Origin: Candidatus Saccharimonadales bacterium
GTDB lineage: Bacteria; Patescibacteriota; Saccharimonadia; Saccharimonadales; DATKHC01
Assembly: GCA_035510465.1 (NCBI GenBank)
Contig: DATKHC010000004.1
Coordinates: forward strand, 6,481-70,480
Length of the DNA stretch: 64,000 nt
Direction: 5' to 3'
Below, in pieces: positions 9,419-16,926 of the stretch. The stretch's first letter is position 1; every line of letters begins with the position of its first letter. The position numbers and the translations under genes were made by a program. A model generated the notes under the pieces. That model was not told where the DNA came from. It ran no database searches and saw only the letters and a program-made list of their open reading frames with translations.

Positions 9419-10210
9419 ATGGAAAATTTAGATAAAAAAGACCTGCTGGTAGTTAAGGTAGGCACAAACTTACTTGTAGATAAAACTCAAGATCAGGAAA
9501 AATTAAACGACAACTCGTTCATACACATCGGCTCACAGGCACTTGAGCTTACGGAGAGTGGATACGGAGTCGTCATTGTATCATCCGGCGCAGTAACAGC
9601 TGGTGTAATTAGTGATGGCAAAAAACGTGACGGAACTGAAGAAATGGTTGAATTACAGAGATATGCAGCTCGAGGGTGGGACTCTGTTGTTAAAGCGTGG
9701 AAGCGGGCTATTGGATCTAATAGAGTAAGTTCAACCCTACTTACCAAAAGAGAGTTACGTGATCAGAAGACCCGTAAATCAGCGCTTGGGGTTATTGCAT
9801 GCTGCCTTGGCCACCAAGATATCTTTATCGTGAACGAGAATGACACTATTAGTGATGACGAGCTGAAGTATGGCAATAATGACACCTTGGCGGGTGAGCT
9901 AGCTTCCACTCTTGCAGTTGCTGGCATATTTAAATCGGCTAGATTAGTGTTATTAACTGATAAAAGTGGTCTTAACAGAGATAAGAACGACGATTCAACA
10001 CTAATTAGAGTAGTTAGTGATATAGAATCAGTACGGCTATATGCAGATGATTCTGGTGATATAAACTCTAAAGGAGGGATGTTAACTAAATTAAATGCGG
10101 CAGAACATGCTAAATTCTTCGGGATTGAGACGTTTATTGCTGGAGGTGCGGAGGATAGTTCGATTACTCGGGCAGTTAGCGGAGAGATCGGTACACGCTT
10201 TAAAATCTAA
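9419..10210 (+). CDS. proB: glutamate 5-kinase (amino-acid kinase fold, no PUA domain)
   Basis: VVKVGTNLL, VSSGAV and GNNDTLA motifs. Confidence 0.75.
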   Translation: MENLDKKDLLVVKVGTNLLVDKTQDQEKLNDNSFIHIGSQALELTESGYGVVIVSSGAVTAGVISDGKKRDGTEEMVELQRYAARGWDSVVKAWKRAIGSNRVSSTLLTKRELRDQKTRKSALGVIACCLGHQDIFIVNENDTISDDELKYGNNDTLAGELASTLAVAGIFKSARLVLLTDKSGLNRDKNDDSTLIRVVSDIESVRLYADDSGDINSKGGMLTKLNAAEHAKFFGIETFIAGGAEDSSITRAVSGEIGTRFKI

Positions 10211-10222
10211 GTAGACCTTGAC

Positions 10223-10251
10223 GTGCGGGGTTCAACCTCTATTCCCGGCCA
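10223..10251 (+). repeat. 29-nt cassette repeat (divergent copy)
   Basis: GTGCGGGGTTCAACCTCTATTCCCGGCCA, followed by AACATAAGCG. Confidence 0.75.
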
Positions 10252-10362
10252 AACATAAGCGTAATAATATGGCCGAGTGAGTACCCCGACAAAAAGCCAC
10301 GATAACCCCGACATTTTGGCTTAATACTTGCCATATACATACATGGAGCATACAATTAGTGT

Positions 10363-10620
10363 ATGAGTAATTATAAAACAATAAATATATCTTTGCCCGA
10401 AGATCTTCTTAAGAAAGTTGATGAAGAAGCAAGATCCGAATTTGCTAATCGAAGTGACTTCATAAGGGATACCTTAGTGCGTAGGTTAAAACACCAAAAA
10501 GTTATTGATGAATGGGGAGATGAAGGAGAATGGGAAACCATTGTCAATTTCAAGAGTATAGATTCATCTGGAATTAAGATTGAAGATGCCATAAAAGCGC
10601 TCGGTCAACTAACAAAGTAA
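10363..10620 (+). CDS. ribbon-helix-helix (CopG-type) antitoxin
   Basis: INISLPEDLLKKVDEEARSEFANRSDFIRDTLVRRL is a typical RHH. It ends 5 nt before the toxin gene. Confidence 0.7.
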   Translation: MSNYKTINISLPEDLLKKVDEEARSEFANRSDFIRDTLVRRLKHQKVIDEWGDEGEWETIVNFKSIDSSGIKIEDAIKALGQLTK

Positions 10621-10625
10621 GAGTT

Positions 10626-10871
10626 ATGGCCGACAAGATTGCCAAATTACTATCAAAAATCCCTATAAAAGATTTACTTAGAATTCAAGAGGCATTAAAG
10701 AAAATCAAATCGCTGCAACTTGAAGGACTGAATATTAAGGCTATTAAAGGTCAGAAAGATATATTTAGAGTCAGAATTGGAAGTTACAGGATAGTCTTCA
10801 AGATAAATGACAAAAATATTCGACTTCTAAAAATTGATAAAAGAAACGAAAAGACCTACAGAGGTTTCTGA
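10626..10871 (+). CDS. RelE/ParE-family toxin
   Basis: 81 aa; FRVRIGSYRIVFKINDKNIRLLKIDKRNEKTY matches the RelE/ParE C-terminal pattern. Confidence 0.7.
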   Translation: MADKIAKLLSKIPIKDLLRIQEALKKIKSLQLEGLNIKAIKGQKDIFRVRIGSYRIVFKINDKNIRLLKIDKRNEKTYRGF

Positions 10872-10878
10872 TTAGGTT

Positions 10879-10907
10879 GTACTGAACTCGACCTCGATTC
10901 CCAGCCA
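10879..10907 (+). repeat. 29-nt cassette repeat
   Basis: GTACTGAACTCGACCTCGATTCCCAGCCA; 7 nt after the toxin stop. Confidence 0.85.
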
Positions 10908-10911
10908 GGAC

Positions 10912-10940
10912 TTGACATTAGTTGGTATATATATTATTAT
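10912..10940 (+). promoter_or_regulatory. sigma70-like promoter TTGACA-17-TATTAT
   Basis: Begins 5 nt after the repeat. This makes the track start at 10912 unlikely. Confidence 0.45.
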
Positions 10941-10947
10941 ATTCTTT

Positions 10948-11223
10948 ATGTTTAAGTCTAAATCAAGTAATGAAGGTTCTGCCAGAACTAATTGTTTTGA
11001 TACGTTTGATTCAACAACTAATGGCACCCAAATACCGAAAAGACAAGAACCCTCAAGTGTATACGCTCCAGGCGATGACCCATTTGATCCTTTTGCCATG
11101 GCCGAAGTAGATCCAAGTACTTTTCCAGCAGCTCAATTAGACGAGGCACTCGCGAATGACGCACTATGGAGAGCGTACGAAAGCCAGCCATTAGTCGTTA
11201 TAGATTACGACAAACTAAGATAG
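10948..11223 (+). CDS. hypothetical small protein
   Basis: In-frame ATG at 10948 within track ORF 10912..11223; no motif recognised. Confidence 0.35.
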   Translation: MFKSKSSNEGSARTNCFDTFDSTTNGTQIPKRQEPSSVYAPGDDPFDPFAMAEVDPSTFPAAQLDEALANDALWRAYESQPLVVIDYDKLR

Positions 11224-11285
11224 TTTAGTTTTTCTTCTGATCTGTAGCAAAGTTCAAAATAGTTCGAAATTGTTATAATAGCTTA

Positions 11286-11942
11286 ATGAATGAATCTGTT
11301 GATGATTTAGCTAGAACACTCCTAGACTATATGAAAATGAATACGCCCGTAGAAAAGTCTGACGTCCTTATTGGCATGGGCGCATTGGACATAAGGATAG
11401 CTGAGCGAACTGCTCAATTATTCTTAGATGGATATGGCAAATATATTATTTTTACTGGTGGACTGGGCAAAATCACTAAACACACTCATACACAAACCGA
11501 AGCAGAACGATTTAGGGATACGGCAATAAAGATGGATGTACCGGAAGATAAGATTTTACTTGAGAAAGAAGCAACTAACTCAGGAGAAAATATTGTATTA
11601 GTCCAGGAGTTGCTTGAAAGTAAGGATCTTCACCCTAAGTCACTGCTTGTCGTTACAAAATCGTACATGGAACGAAGAATTTATGCTGCTTACAAAAAAC
11701 AGTGGAAAGATAAAGCTGCCAGAATTATAGTTACCTCACCACAAATTACATACGAAGAGCATTTCAATGAAGACATCCCAAAAGATCTATTTATAAATGT
11801 CATGGTCGGTGACCTGCAGAGAATTAAAGTATATCCTAAGCAGGGCTTTCAAATAGAGCAGAATATTCCGGAGAACGTCTGGGAAGCTTACAAGAAGTTG
11901 GTTAGATTAGGGTATACGGATTTTGTTATTAAGAATACTTAG
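11286..11942 (+). CDS. YdcF/DUF218-family protein
   Basis: VLIGMGALD..IIFTGGLG..TEAERFRDTAIKMDVPEDKILLEKEATNSGENI matches the DUF218 pattern. Confidence 0.65.
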   Translation: MNESVDDLARTLLDYMKMNTPVEKSDVLIGMGALDIRIAERTAQLFLDGYGKYIIFTGGLGKITKHTHTQTEAERFRDTAIKMDVPEDKILLEKEATNSGENIVLVQELLESKDLHPKSLLVVTKSYMERRIYAAYKKQWKDKAARIIVTSPQITYEEHFNEDIPKDLFINVMVGDLQRIKVYPKQGFQIEQNIPENVWEAYKKLVRLGYTDFVIKNT

Positions 11943-11980
11943 TCAATCAAGGTTCGAAAATCGTCCCTTATTGACAGCCA
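11942..11980 (+). repeat. hairpin variant of the cassette repeat ending AGCCA
   Basis: GTCAATCAAGG-TTCGAAAATCGTC-CCTTATTGAC + AGCCA: a 10-bp imperfect stem with a T-loop-like TTCGAAA. It occupies the position of the 29-mer. Confidence 0.6.
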
Positions 11981-12026
11981 ATATTTCACCTCTGTGAGTT
12001 TTTATGCTCACCTCAGTTCGAATCCC
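11981..12026 (+). repeat. type-b linker module
   Basis: ATATTTCACCTCTGTGAG..CTCACCTCAGTTCGAATCCC; compare 15203, and 56446 and 57758 in reverse. Confidence 0.6.
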
Positions 12027-12081
12027 TTATGGGTTCCTCCGCAAAAAGTCGTTTGAAATTTGTGGCTGTTATTATGTAGTC

Positions 12082-12675
12082 ATGAGCGAATCAAAGTTAA
12101 ACATTAGTGAACTCCTTAATAGCAAACGACCCAAAGCTGGTAAAACGAAATTTATAGCAATAGATGGTCATGGAGGAGCTGGTAAATCAACTTTGGCTAA
12201 TATGCTTTCTAAACAATTTAACGCACAATTGGTCCCCATTGATGACTTTGCAAGCTGGGATAACTCTGATTGGTGGCCACAAGTTATAAAGAACATATTT
12301 GAGCCGATATCGGGTGGAGCAACTTCACTTAACTATCCTCGTTCTTCTTGGTGGGAGGATCATCACCCAGAGCCTGTTGTCAATCAACCGGTTACAGACG
12401 TAATGATTCTAGAGGGGGTAAGTTCCTCAAGAACCGAATTTCGTAAATATCTAAGTCTGATTATCTTCGTAAACACGCCTAAAGATCTGTGTATGAAAAG
12501 AGGCATCGAAAGAGACTTGAGCACCGGAAAATCTGTAGAAGAGCTGACGGAAATGTGGACAAAGTGGTATCAAGAAGAAGATGGATACATAGCTAGAGAT
12601 CACCCTCGGGATTTTGCTGATGTAGTGATCGACGGGACTCGACCTTACAATGAGCAAATAGTTACAGCCACTTAA
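12082..12675 (+). CDS. P-loop nucleoside/nucleotide kinase-like protein
   Basis: Walker A in IAIDGHGGAGKSTLANML. Start moved to MSESKLN because the track N-terminus overlaps the type-b module. Confidence 0.55.
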   Translation: MSESKLNISELLNSKRPKAGKTKFIAIDGHGGAGKSTLANMLSKQFNAQLVPIDDFASWDNSDWWPQVIKNIFEPISGGATSLNYPRSSWWEDHHPEPVVNQPVTDVMILEGVSSSRTEFRKYLSLIIFVNTPKDLCMKRGIERDLSTGKSVEELTEMWTKWYQEEDGYIARDHPRDFADVVIDGTRPYNEQIVTAT

Positions 12676-12686
12676 GCTTTTAGATT

Positions 12687-12715
12687 GTACGGAACTCAAC
12701 CTCAACCCCCAGCCA
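12687..12715 (+). repeat. 29-nt cassette repeat
   Basis: GTACGGAACTCAACCTCAACCCCCAGCCA. Confidence 0.85.
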
Positions 12716-12720
12716 TAAAG

Positions 12721-12765
12721 TTATTGTCTCTGTTATTTTACTGAGTATGAATATAGGATTCGAAC
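12721..12765 (+). repeat. type-c linker module, copy 2
   Basis: TTATTGTCTCTGTTATTTTACTGAGTATGAATATAGGATTCGAAC. Confidence 0.6.
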
Positions 12766-12771
12766 TTTGTT

Positions 12772-13686
12772 ATGATGAGTCCAGTTATGGACGACCATTT
12801 TGAAAAAAATGCCTTGAGTTGGGGAGAGGGTGGAGCAGCTTGGCTTAAGAGCATTCCAAAAGTTATCAAAAAATATGAAAGTAGGTGGTCGATTAAAGTC
12901 TTGCCGCCTTACACGCTTAGCTTTAATTACGTAGCGCCTGTCCAAAGGGCTGATGGATCGATGGCAGTACTTAAAATGATCTATCCGGGTGACCTGGAGT
13001 TTAAATCTGAAATTAAAGCGCTAGAATACTTTAAAGGTAATGGCATTGTTAAGCTGCTAGAAGTAGATGAAAAAGACGCGATAATTCTACTGGAACATAT
13101 TGCCCCGGGTAAACCGCTGTCTTCTTTAGATAACGACGATCAAGCAACCAAAATAATTGCCAAGGTTATAAAGAAATTACAGGAGAAATCATCAACTGCT
13201 AACAATTTTGTCAGTATCAATGACTGGGTTTCAGAAATACCAAAATATAAACAAGGATTTCTAGGTGAACAAGCTCCATTACCAACATTATTAGTAAATA
13301 AAGCTGAGATATTATTTAAACAGCTTATTGCAACTTCTGCTAAGCCTATACTTGTCCATGGTGATCTGCATCACGATAATATACTTCAATCAAATAAATC
13401 TGGATGGCTAGCAATCGACCCCAAAGGCGTTTCGGCTGAACCGGCTTACGAAGTGGCAGCTATGATTCGTAACCCCTACGAGAAGCTCAAAGATATACCA
13501 GATCTTGCACCTTTACTGCGAAGACGGATTACTATTTTATCCGAAGAACTAGAAATTGACCCCCAGCGTATTTTGGATTGGTGCTTTGCGCAGACAATGC
13601 TCTCAGCGGTATGGAGTGTTGGAGGAGTCAAAGGCCCCGAACACGCTCTAAGAGTCGCGGAAACTTTAGACACACTTGCACTTTAA
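12772..13686 (+). CDS. aminoglycoside phosphotransferase, APH(6)/streptomycin-kinase-like
   Basis: HGDLHHDNIL catalytic loop, LAIDPKG, and overall APH(6)-like layout. Confidence 0.7.
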   Translation: MMSPVMDDHFEKNALSWGEGGAAWLKSIPKVIKKYESRWSIKVLPPYTLSFNYVAPVQRADGSMAVLKMIYPGDLEFKSEIKALEYFKGNGIVKLLEVDEKDAIILLEHIAPGKPLSSLDNDDQATKIIAKVIKKLQEKSSTANNFVSINDWVSEIPKYKQGFLGEQAPLPTLLVNKAEILFKQLIATSAKPILVHGDLHHDNILQSNKSGWLAIDPKGVSAEPAYEVAAMIRNPYEKLKDIPDLAPLLRRRITILSEELEIDPQRILDWCFAQTMLSAVWSVGGVKGPEHALRVAETLDTLAL

Positions 13687-13689
13687 GCG

Positions 13690-13718
13690 GTACGGAACTC
13701 AACCTCAATTCCCAGCCA
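13690..13718 (+). repeat. 29-nt cassette repeat
   Basis: GTACGGAACTCAACCTCAATTCCCAGCCA; 3 nt after the stop. Confidence 0.9.
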
Positions 13719-13720
13719 TG

Positions 13721-13767
13721 TAGTTTTTCTCTCTGTTAATTTTGCGGTATGGTTATAGGATTCGAAC
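13721..13767 (+). repeat. type-c linker module, copy 3
   Basis: TAGTTTTTCTCTCTGTTAATTTTGCGGTATGGTTATAGGATTCGAAC. Confidence 0.6.
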
Positions 13768-13782
13768 TTTCTAATCCGTTAC

Positions 13783-13811
13783 TTGACATAACCATTAGCT
13801 TTACCTAAACT
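13783..13811 (+). promoter_or_regulatory. sigma70-like promoter TTGACA-17-TAAACT
   Basis: Same hexamers and spacing as 7686-7714. Confidence 0.55.
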
Positions 13812-13867
13812 GAAAGTATTCTTTAGAAATTAAAACAATGAAATAACAAACAAAAAGGAATTAAAGT

Positions 13868-15088
13868 ATGAAGCTTATTAAATTAAACCAAGCTGGTATA
13901 GCTCACTGGCTAGTGCCAGCCCTAGTAGTGGCTATAATTGGCGTGGTGGGCGTAAGAGTACTAACAGCTACTCATGCGGCTACGCCAGCAATAGCTAATA
14001 ATTCTTCTTCGACAGGTCCTTTGCTATTTACCACAATAAATAATAATCAGAACCCCGTCACAACTAGTGTAATAACTGTAAACCAAAACGGCTCAGGGAA
14101 ATCAACCATAACTCCACAAAATCAAGCGTATCCTTGGGGTTTCGTATGGAGTCCTGATCATACGCAAATTGCATACACAGATTTGGTATATTCCACTCCA
14201 AATGACGTCTCTACAGCAAGGGGGACGATTAACATAATGAATGATAATGGTACAGACTCACAAGTCATTAAAACAATGCCAGCAGGCTCAGGGCTATCTA
14301 ATTTAGTTTGGTCGCCCGACGGCAAAAGTCTTCTATTCGCGGATGGGTCGTCTACAAATAAGAAAGACAAGAGTAAAGTTTATACAATAGGAGTAAATGG
14401 CAAAAACTTAAATTCGATCGCTAATCTGGAGCCCAATACGGGTGCCCAAGACATGCAATGGTCTCCAAACAGCAAGGAAGTTCTACTTACTGGAGAGCCG
14501 AAGACAAACCCGCAAGAAGAGTTGACGTATGTGTATACCGCTTCGGGTAAATTAGTTGCTACCCTACCGACACCGAATAATAGCTCTTTCTGGGGTAACG
14601 ATGCCTGGACACCTGATAACTCATCTTTGATATTTCATAACAATACCAATAACGAGATTTCAGAGATGAATGTCGCCACTCAAGCAGTAACTGCTATAGC
14701 TCCGGCCTCTTGCAGTAGCAATGATGTATCTTCGGTCAACGTGTCACCGAATGGCGATTTAATATCCTATGACTGTGTAACACCAGTACCCGATACCACT
14801 CCTACCCAGTTTACTAACAGCATAGTAGTCTCTACCATTACAGGCTCTAACCCTGTCGTTGTCGCGTCAGGAATACTAAGTGAAGGTGTTAATAACGCAC
14901 TGCCAACAGAGCGAGGCTGGGCTTATAACAGTACGGCTCTGGATTATTACGTTAGTAGTACCCCAACATCTTCTAACGGTAATCTATACACCGTTAATGC
15001 TGATGGTTCAGATACAAAAGCAGCCCTTAAAAATGTCTCAAATACTGAGATATTCACTTGGAATAGTTCGCCCAGTAATATTTTTTAA
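13868..15088 (+). CDS. membrane-anchored/secreted TolB-like beta-propeller protein (paralogue of 7760..9028)
   Basis: First ~38 aa nearly identical to 7760..9028. PD40-like VWSPDHTQIAY, VWSPDGKSLLF, QWSPNSKEV. Confidence 0.65.
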   Translation: MKLIKLNQAGIAHWLVPALVVAIIGVVGVRVLTATHAATPAIANNSSSTGPLLFTTINNNQNPVTTSVITVNQNGSGKSTITPQNQAYPWGFVWSPDHTQIAYTDLVYSTPNDVSTARGTINIMNDNGTDSQVIKTMPAGSGLSNLVWSPDGKSLLFADGSSTNKKDKSKVYTIGVNGKNLNSIANLEPNTGAQDMQWSPNSKEVLLTGEPKTNPQEELTYVYTASGKLVATLPTPNNSSFWGNDAWTPDNSSLIFHNNTNNEISEMNVATQAVTAIAPASCSSNDVSSVNVSPNGDLISYDCVTPVPDTTPTQFTNSIVVSTITGSNPVVVASGILSEGVNNALPTERGWAYNSTALDYYVSSTPTSSNGNLYTVNADGSDTKAALKNVSNTEIFTWNSSPSNIF

Positions 15089-15173
15089 TTCTGTATAACC
15101 TGGCTAATCATTAAGTCACCGAATCTGTTAATTCTGATTCTATGGGTATAGGAGTGACTTATTTATCTGTACT

Positions 15174-15202
15174 GTACGGAACTCAACCTCAATTCCCAGC
15201 CA
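15174..15202 (+). repeat. 29-nt cassette repeat
   Basis: GTACGGAACTCAACCTCAATTCCCAGCCA. Confidence 0.9.
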
Positions 15203-15247
15203 ATATTTCACCCCTGAGTACATTTGCTTCCACCTCTGTTCGAATCC
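15203..15247 (+). repeat. type-b linker module
   Basis: ATATTTCACCCCTGAG..CCACCTCTGTTCGAATCC. Confidence 0.6.
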
Positions 15248-15298
15248 TTTATGCATACAGTAATAGATTTATAGAGCCAAATATTATATAATATTCGT

Positions 15299-15877
15299 AT
15301 GGCAAAGCAATTAGAAGTTGCGAATTGGGACGACTTAAAAGCTGTATCCGAGTTATCTGGTTTAATGTGGTCTCAAGCTGAACCTGGCTTCCAAATAGAA
15401 GGGGTCAGTGACATCGAGCAGTTAGTGTTCGTGCTAGATAGTTTAAAAACTGCCGTTCCCAAACAAGTGACAGGTGTGGTGAATTTTGATTCTGCTTATC
15501 CATGGAATGGGTTTGAACAATTTAAGCCAGAACCGCAAGATGCACATATCGATACTGATTTCACTGGTATAGCAGTACATCAAAATATCTCTACTACAGT
15601 CCCCGTAAAACTTGGTATAGCTAGGTACCCATGGAATGGTGGCACAATAAATGAAGATACGGCCACTGGAATTAGAGAAGGCGAAACAATTCCGGGTAGA
15701 TTGACGGTATTTTCAGAAGGATGGCCTGAGATGATGAGAAAGACGGCTCATTTTTTCGATCGAACAGCTGGTACACCTATTTTTTTGTCAAGATATACGC
15801 AATCTACTGATACGCCGGCGAATAATATACCTAAAATCGCTGCTGAAAGCTTTGAATTATTGAAAAGGTATCGCTAA
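15299..15877 (+). CDS. hypothetical protein
   Basis: ORF track; single gene between two repeat copies. Confidence 0.45.
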   Translation: MAKQLEVANWDDLKAVSELSGLMWSQAEPGFQIEGVSDIEQLVFVLDSLKTAVPKQVTGVVNFDSAYPWNGFEQFKPEPQDAHIDTDFTGIAVHQNISTTVPVKLGIARYPWNGGTINEDTATGIREGETIPGRLTVFSEGWPEMMRKTAHFFDRTAGTPIFLSRYTQSTDTPANNIPKIAAESFELLKRYR

Positions 15878-15881
15878 ACAC

Positions 15882-15910
15882 GTACGGAACTCAATCTCGA
15901 TTCCCAGCCA
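15882..15910 (+). repeat. 29-nt cassette repeat
   Basis: GTACGGAACTCAATCTCGATTCCCAGCCA, followed by AAGCGTAAGCGTTTT. Confidence 0.9.
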
Positions 15911-15973
15911 AAGCGTAAGCGTTTTAGGTTCGTTAATTTCGTTCGGCTATCAGATAAATTAAAATTGGAGAGG

Positions 15974-16528
15974 TTAATTAGAGCCTAAATATTTAAAAGA
16001 AGCAGCAATTGTCTTTATATCGTTTGGGTTTGGTTTAGTCGCTTGAATAGCGGCTTCATTACTAGTGTTAACTTGTTGACCAGGGCTGTAAGGAGCGATA
16101 TTTATCGCATACACCGTGGTGCTATTACCAAAAAATGAATTAAACTCCACAGGACTAACTGAATATTGACTAGGATTAGTGCAAAAGTTGGCATTTACGC
16201 CTATAGATTTAATAAACACTGAAAATGCCTGAACATTTTCAGTGTTTGAAGAAGATGAACAATTGTTGGAATTTTCTACAAGTTGTTGTGCTGACTGAGT
16301 GCTATTGTTAGGTCTTCCTGATAGCGACATCACAAGTGAGACACCCCCTTTACTAATAGGCGGAGAGACTAATACGTTATCAGTAACAGTACCGAAGTTG
16401 TAACTTTGAGTAGAAGAACCCTTATAGAAAAGTATGCTATATTTATCGCCTTTATCGTTGGTTAAGGTGTACTGTCTGAGCTTTGAGTTAATCAATGTCG
16501 CCCGTAAATTATAGTTAGTAGAGACCAA
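15974..16528 (-). CDS. hypothetical Ser/Asn-rich protein (TTG start; possibly the C-terminal part of a frameshifted gene)
   Basis: ORF track. Its frame stays open upstream to ~16570 and overlaps ORF 16492..16764. Confidence 0.4.
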   Translation of the reverse strand: MVSTNYNLRATLINSKLRQYTLTNDKGDKYSILFYKGSSTQSYNFGTVTDNVLVSPPISKGGVSLVMSLSGRPNNSTQSAQQLVENSNNCSSSSNTENVQAFSVFIKSIGVNANFCTNPSQYSVSPVEFNSFFGNSTTVYAINIAPYSPGQQVNTSNEAAIQATKPNPNDIKTIAASFKYLGSN

Positions 16529-16764
16529 TGCCCCAAACGTAGCCAGTGGCGCTTTGGCTTGTTAATTTGGGCCTGTGACAGAGAGGCGTAGCTGGTGCTA
16601 GTAGGATGGGAGTCAACGCTCGTGTTCGGTGACAAATTACTAGCTGTAACTTTAAGAGGTGTATCTGTTGTGGGCTGCTCTGGTACGGAGGGAGGAACGT
16701 TCGATTGTTCTGGCGAAGTAGGGTTTTGATTTTGCTCATTGTCCATCAAGATCAAATATAACAC
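16492..16764 (-). pseudogene. possible N-terminal fragment of the same gene (low-complexity Pro/Ser/Thr-rich leader ending in KPKR)
   Basis: Overlaps 15974..16528 in another frame; a 1-nt shift near 16540-16570 would join them. Confidence 0.3.
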
Positions 16765-16810
16765 TTGTGCTTATCTGAGCATAGTGAACAGGATGGATTG
16801 ACACTACGCT

Positions 16811-16839
16811 GTACGGAACTCAACCTCGATCCCCAGCCA
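16811..16839 (+). repeat. 29-nt cassette repeat
   Basis: GTACGGAACTCAACCTCGATCCCCAGCCA, followed by AGCATAAGCATTTTGA. Confidence 0.9.
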
Positions 16840-16926
16840 AGCATAAGCATTTTGACCTCTTATTTCTATTATCTGATAGAGCTTATTGGCTGACCCTTGT
16901 GTTTTTCTCTGTTAATATAGAACTAA

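Noticed and set aside
16515-16739. Third-frame ORF in the frameshift region
   Set aside because: It overlaps both candidate frames and has an implausible composition. It is probably a by-product of low-complexity sequence.
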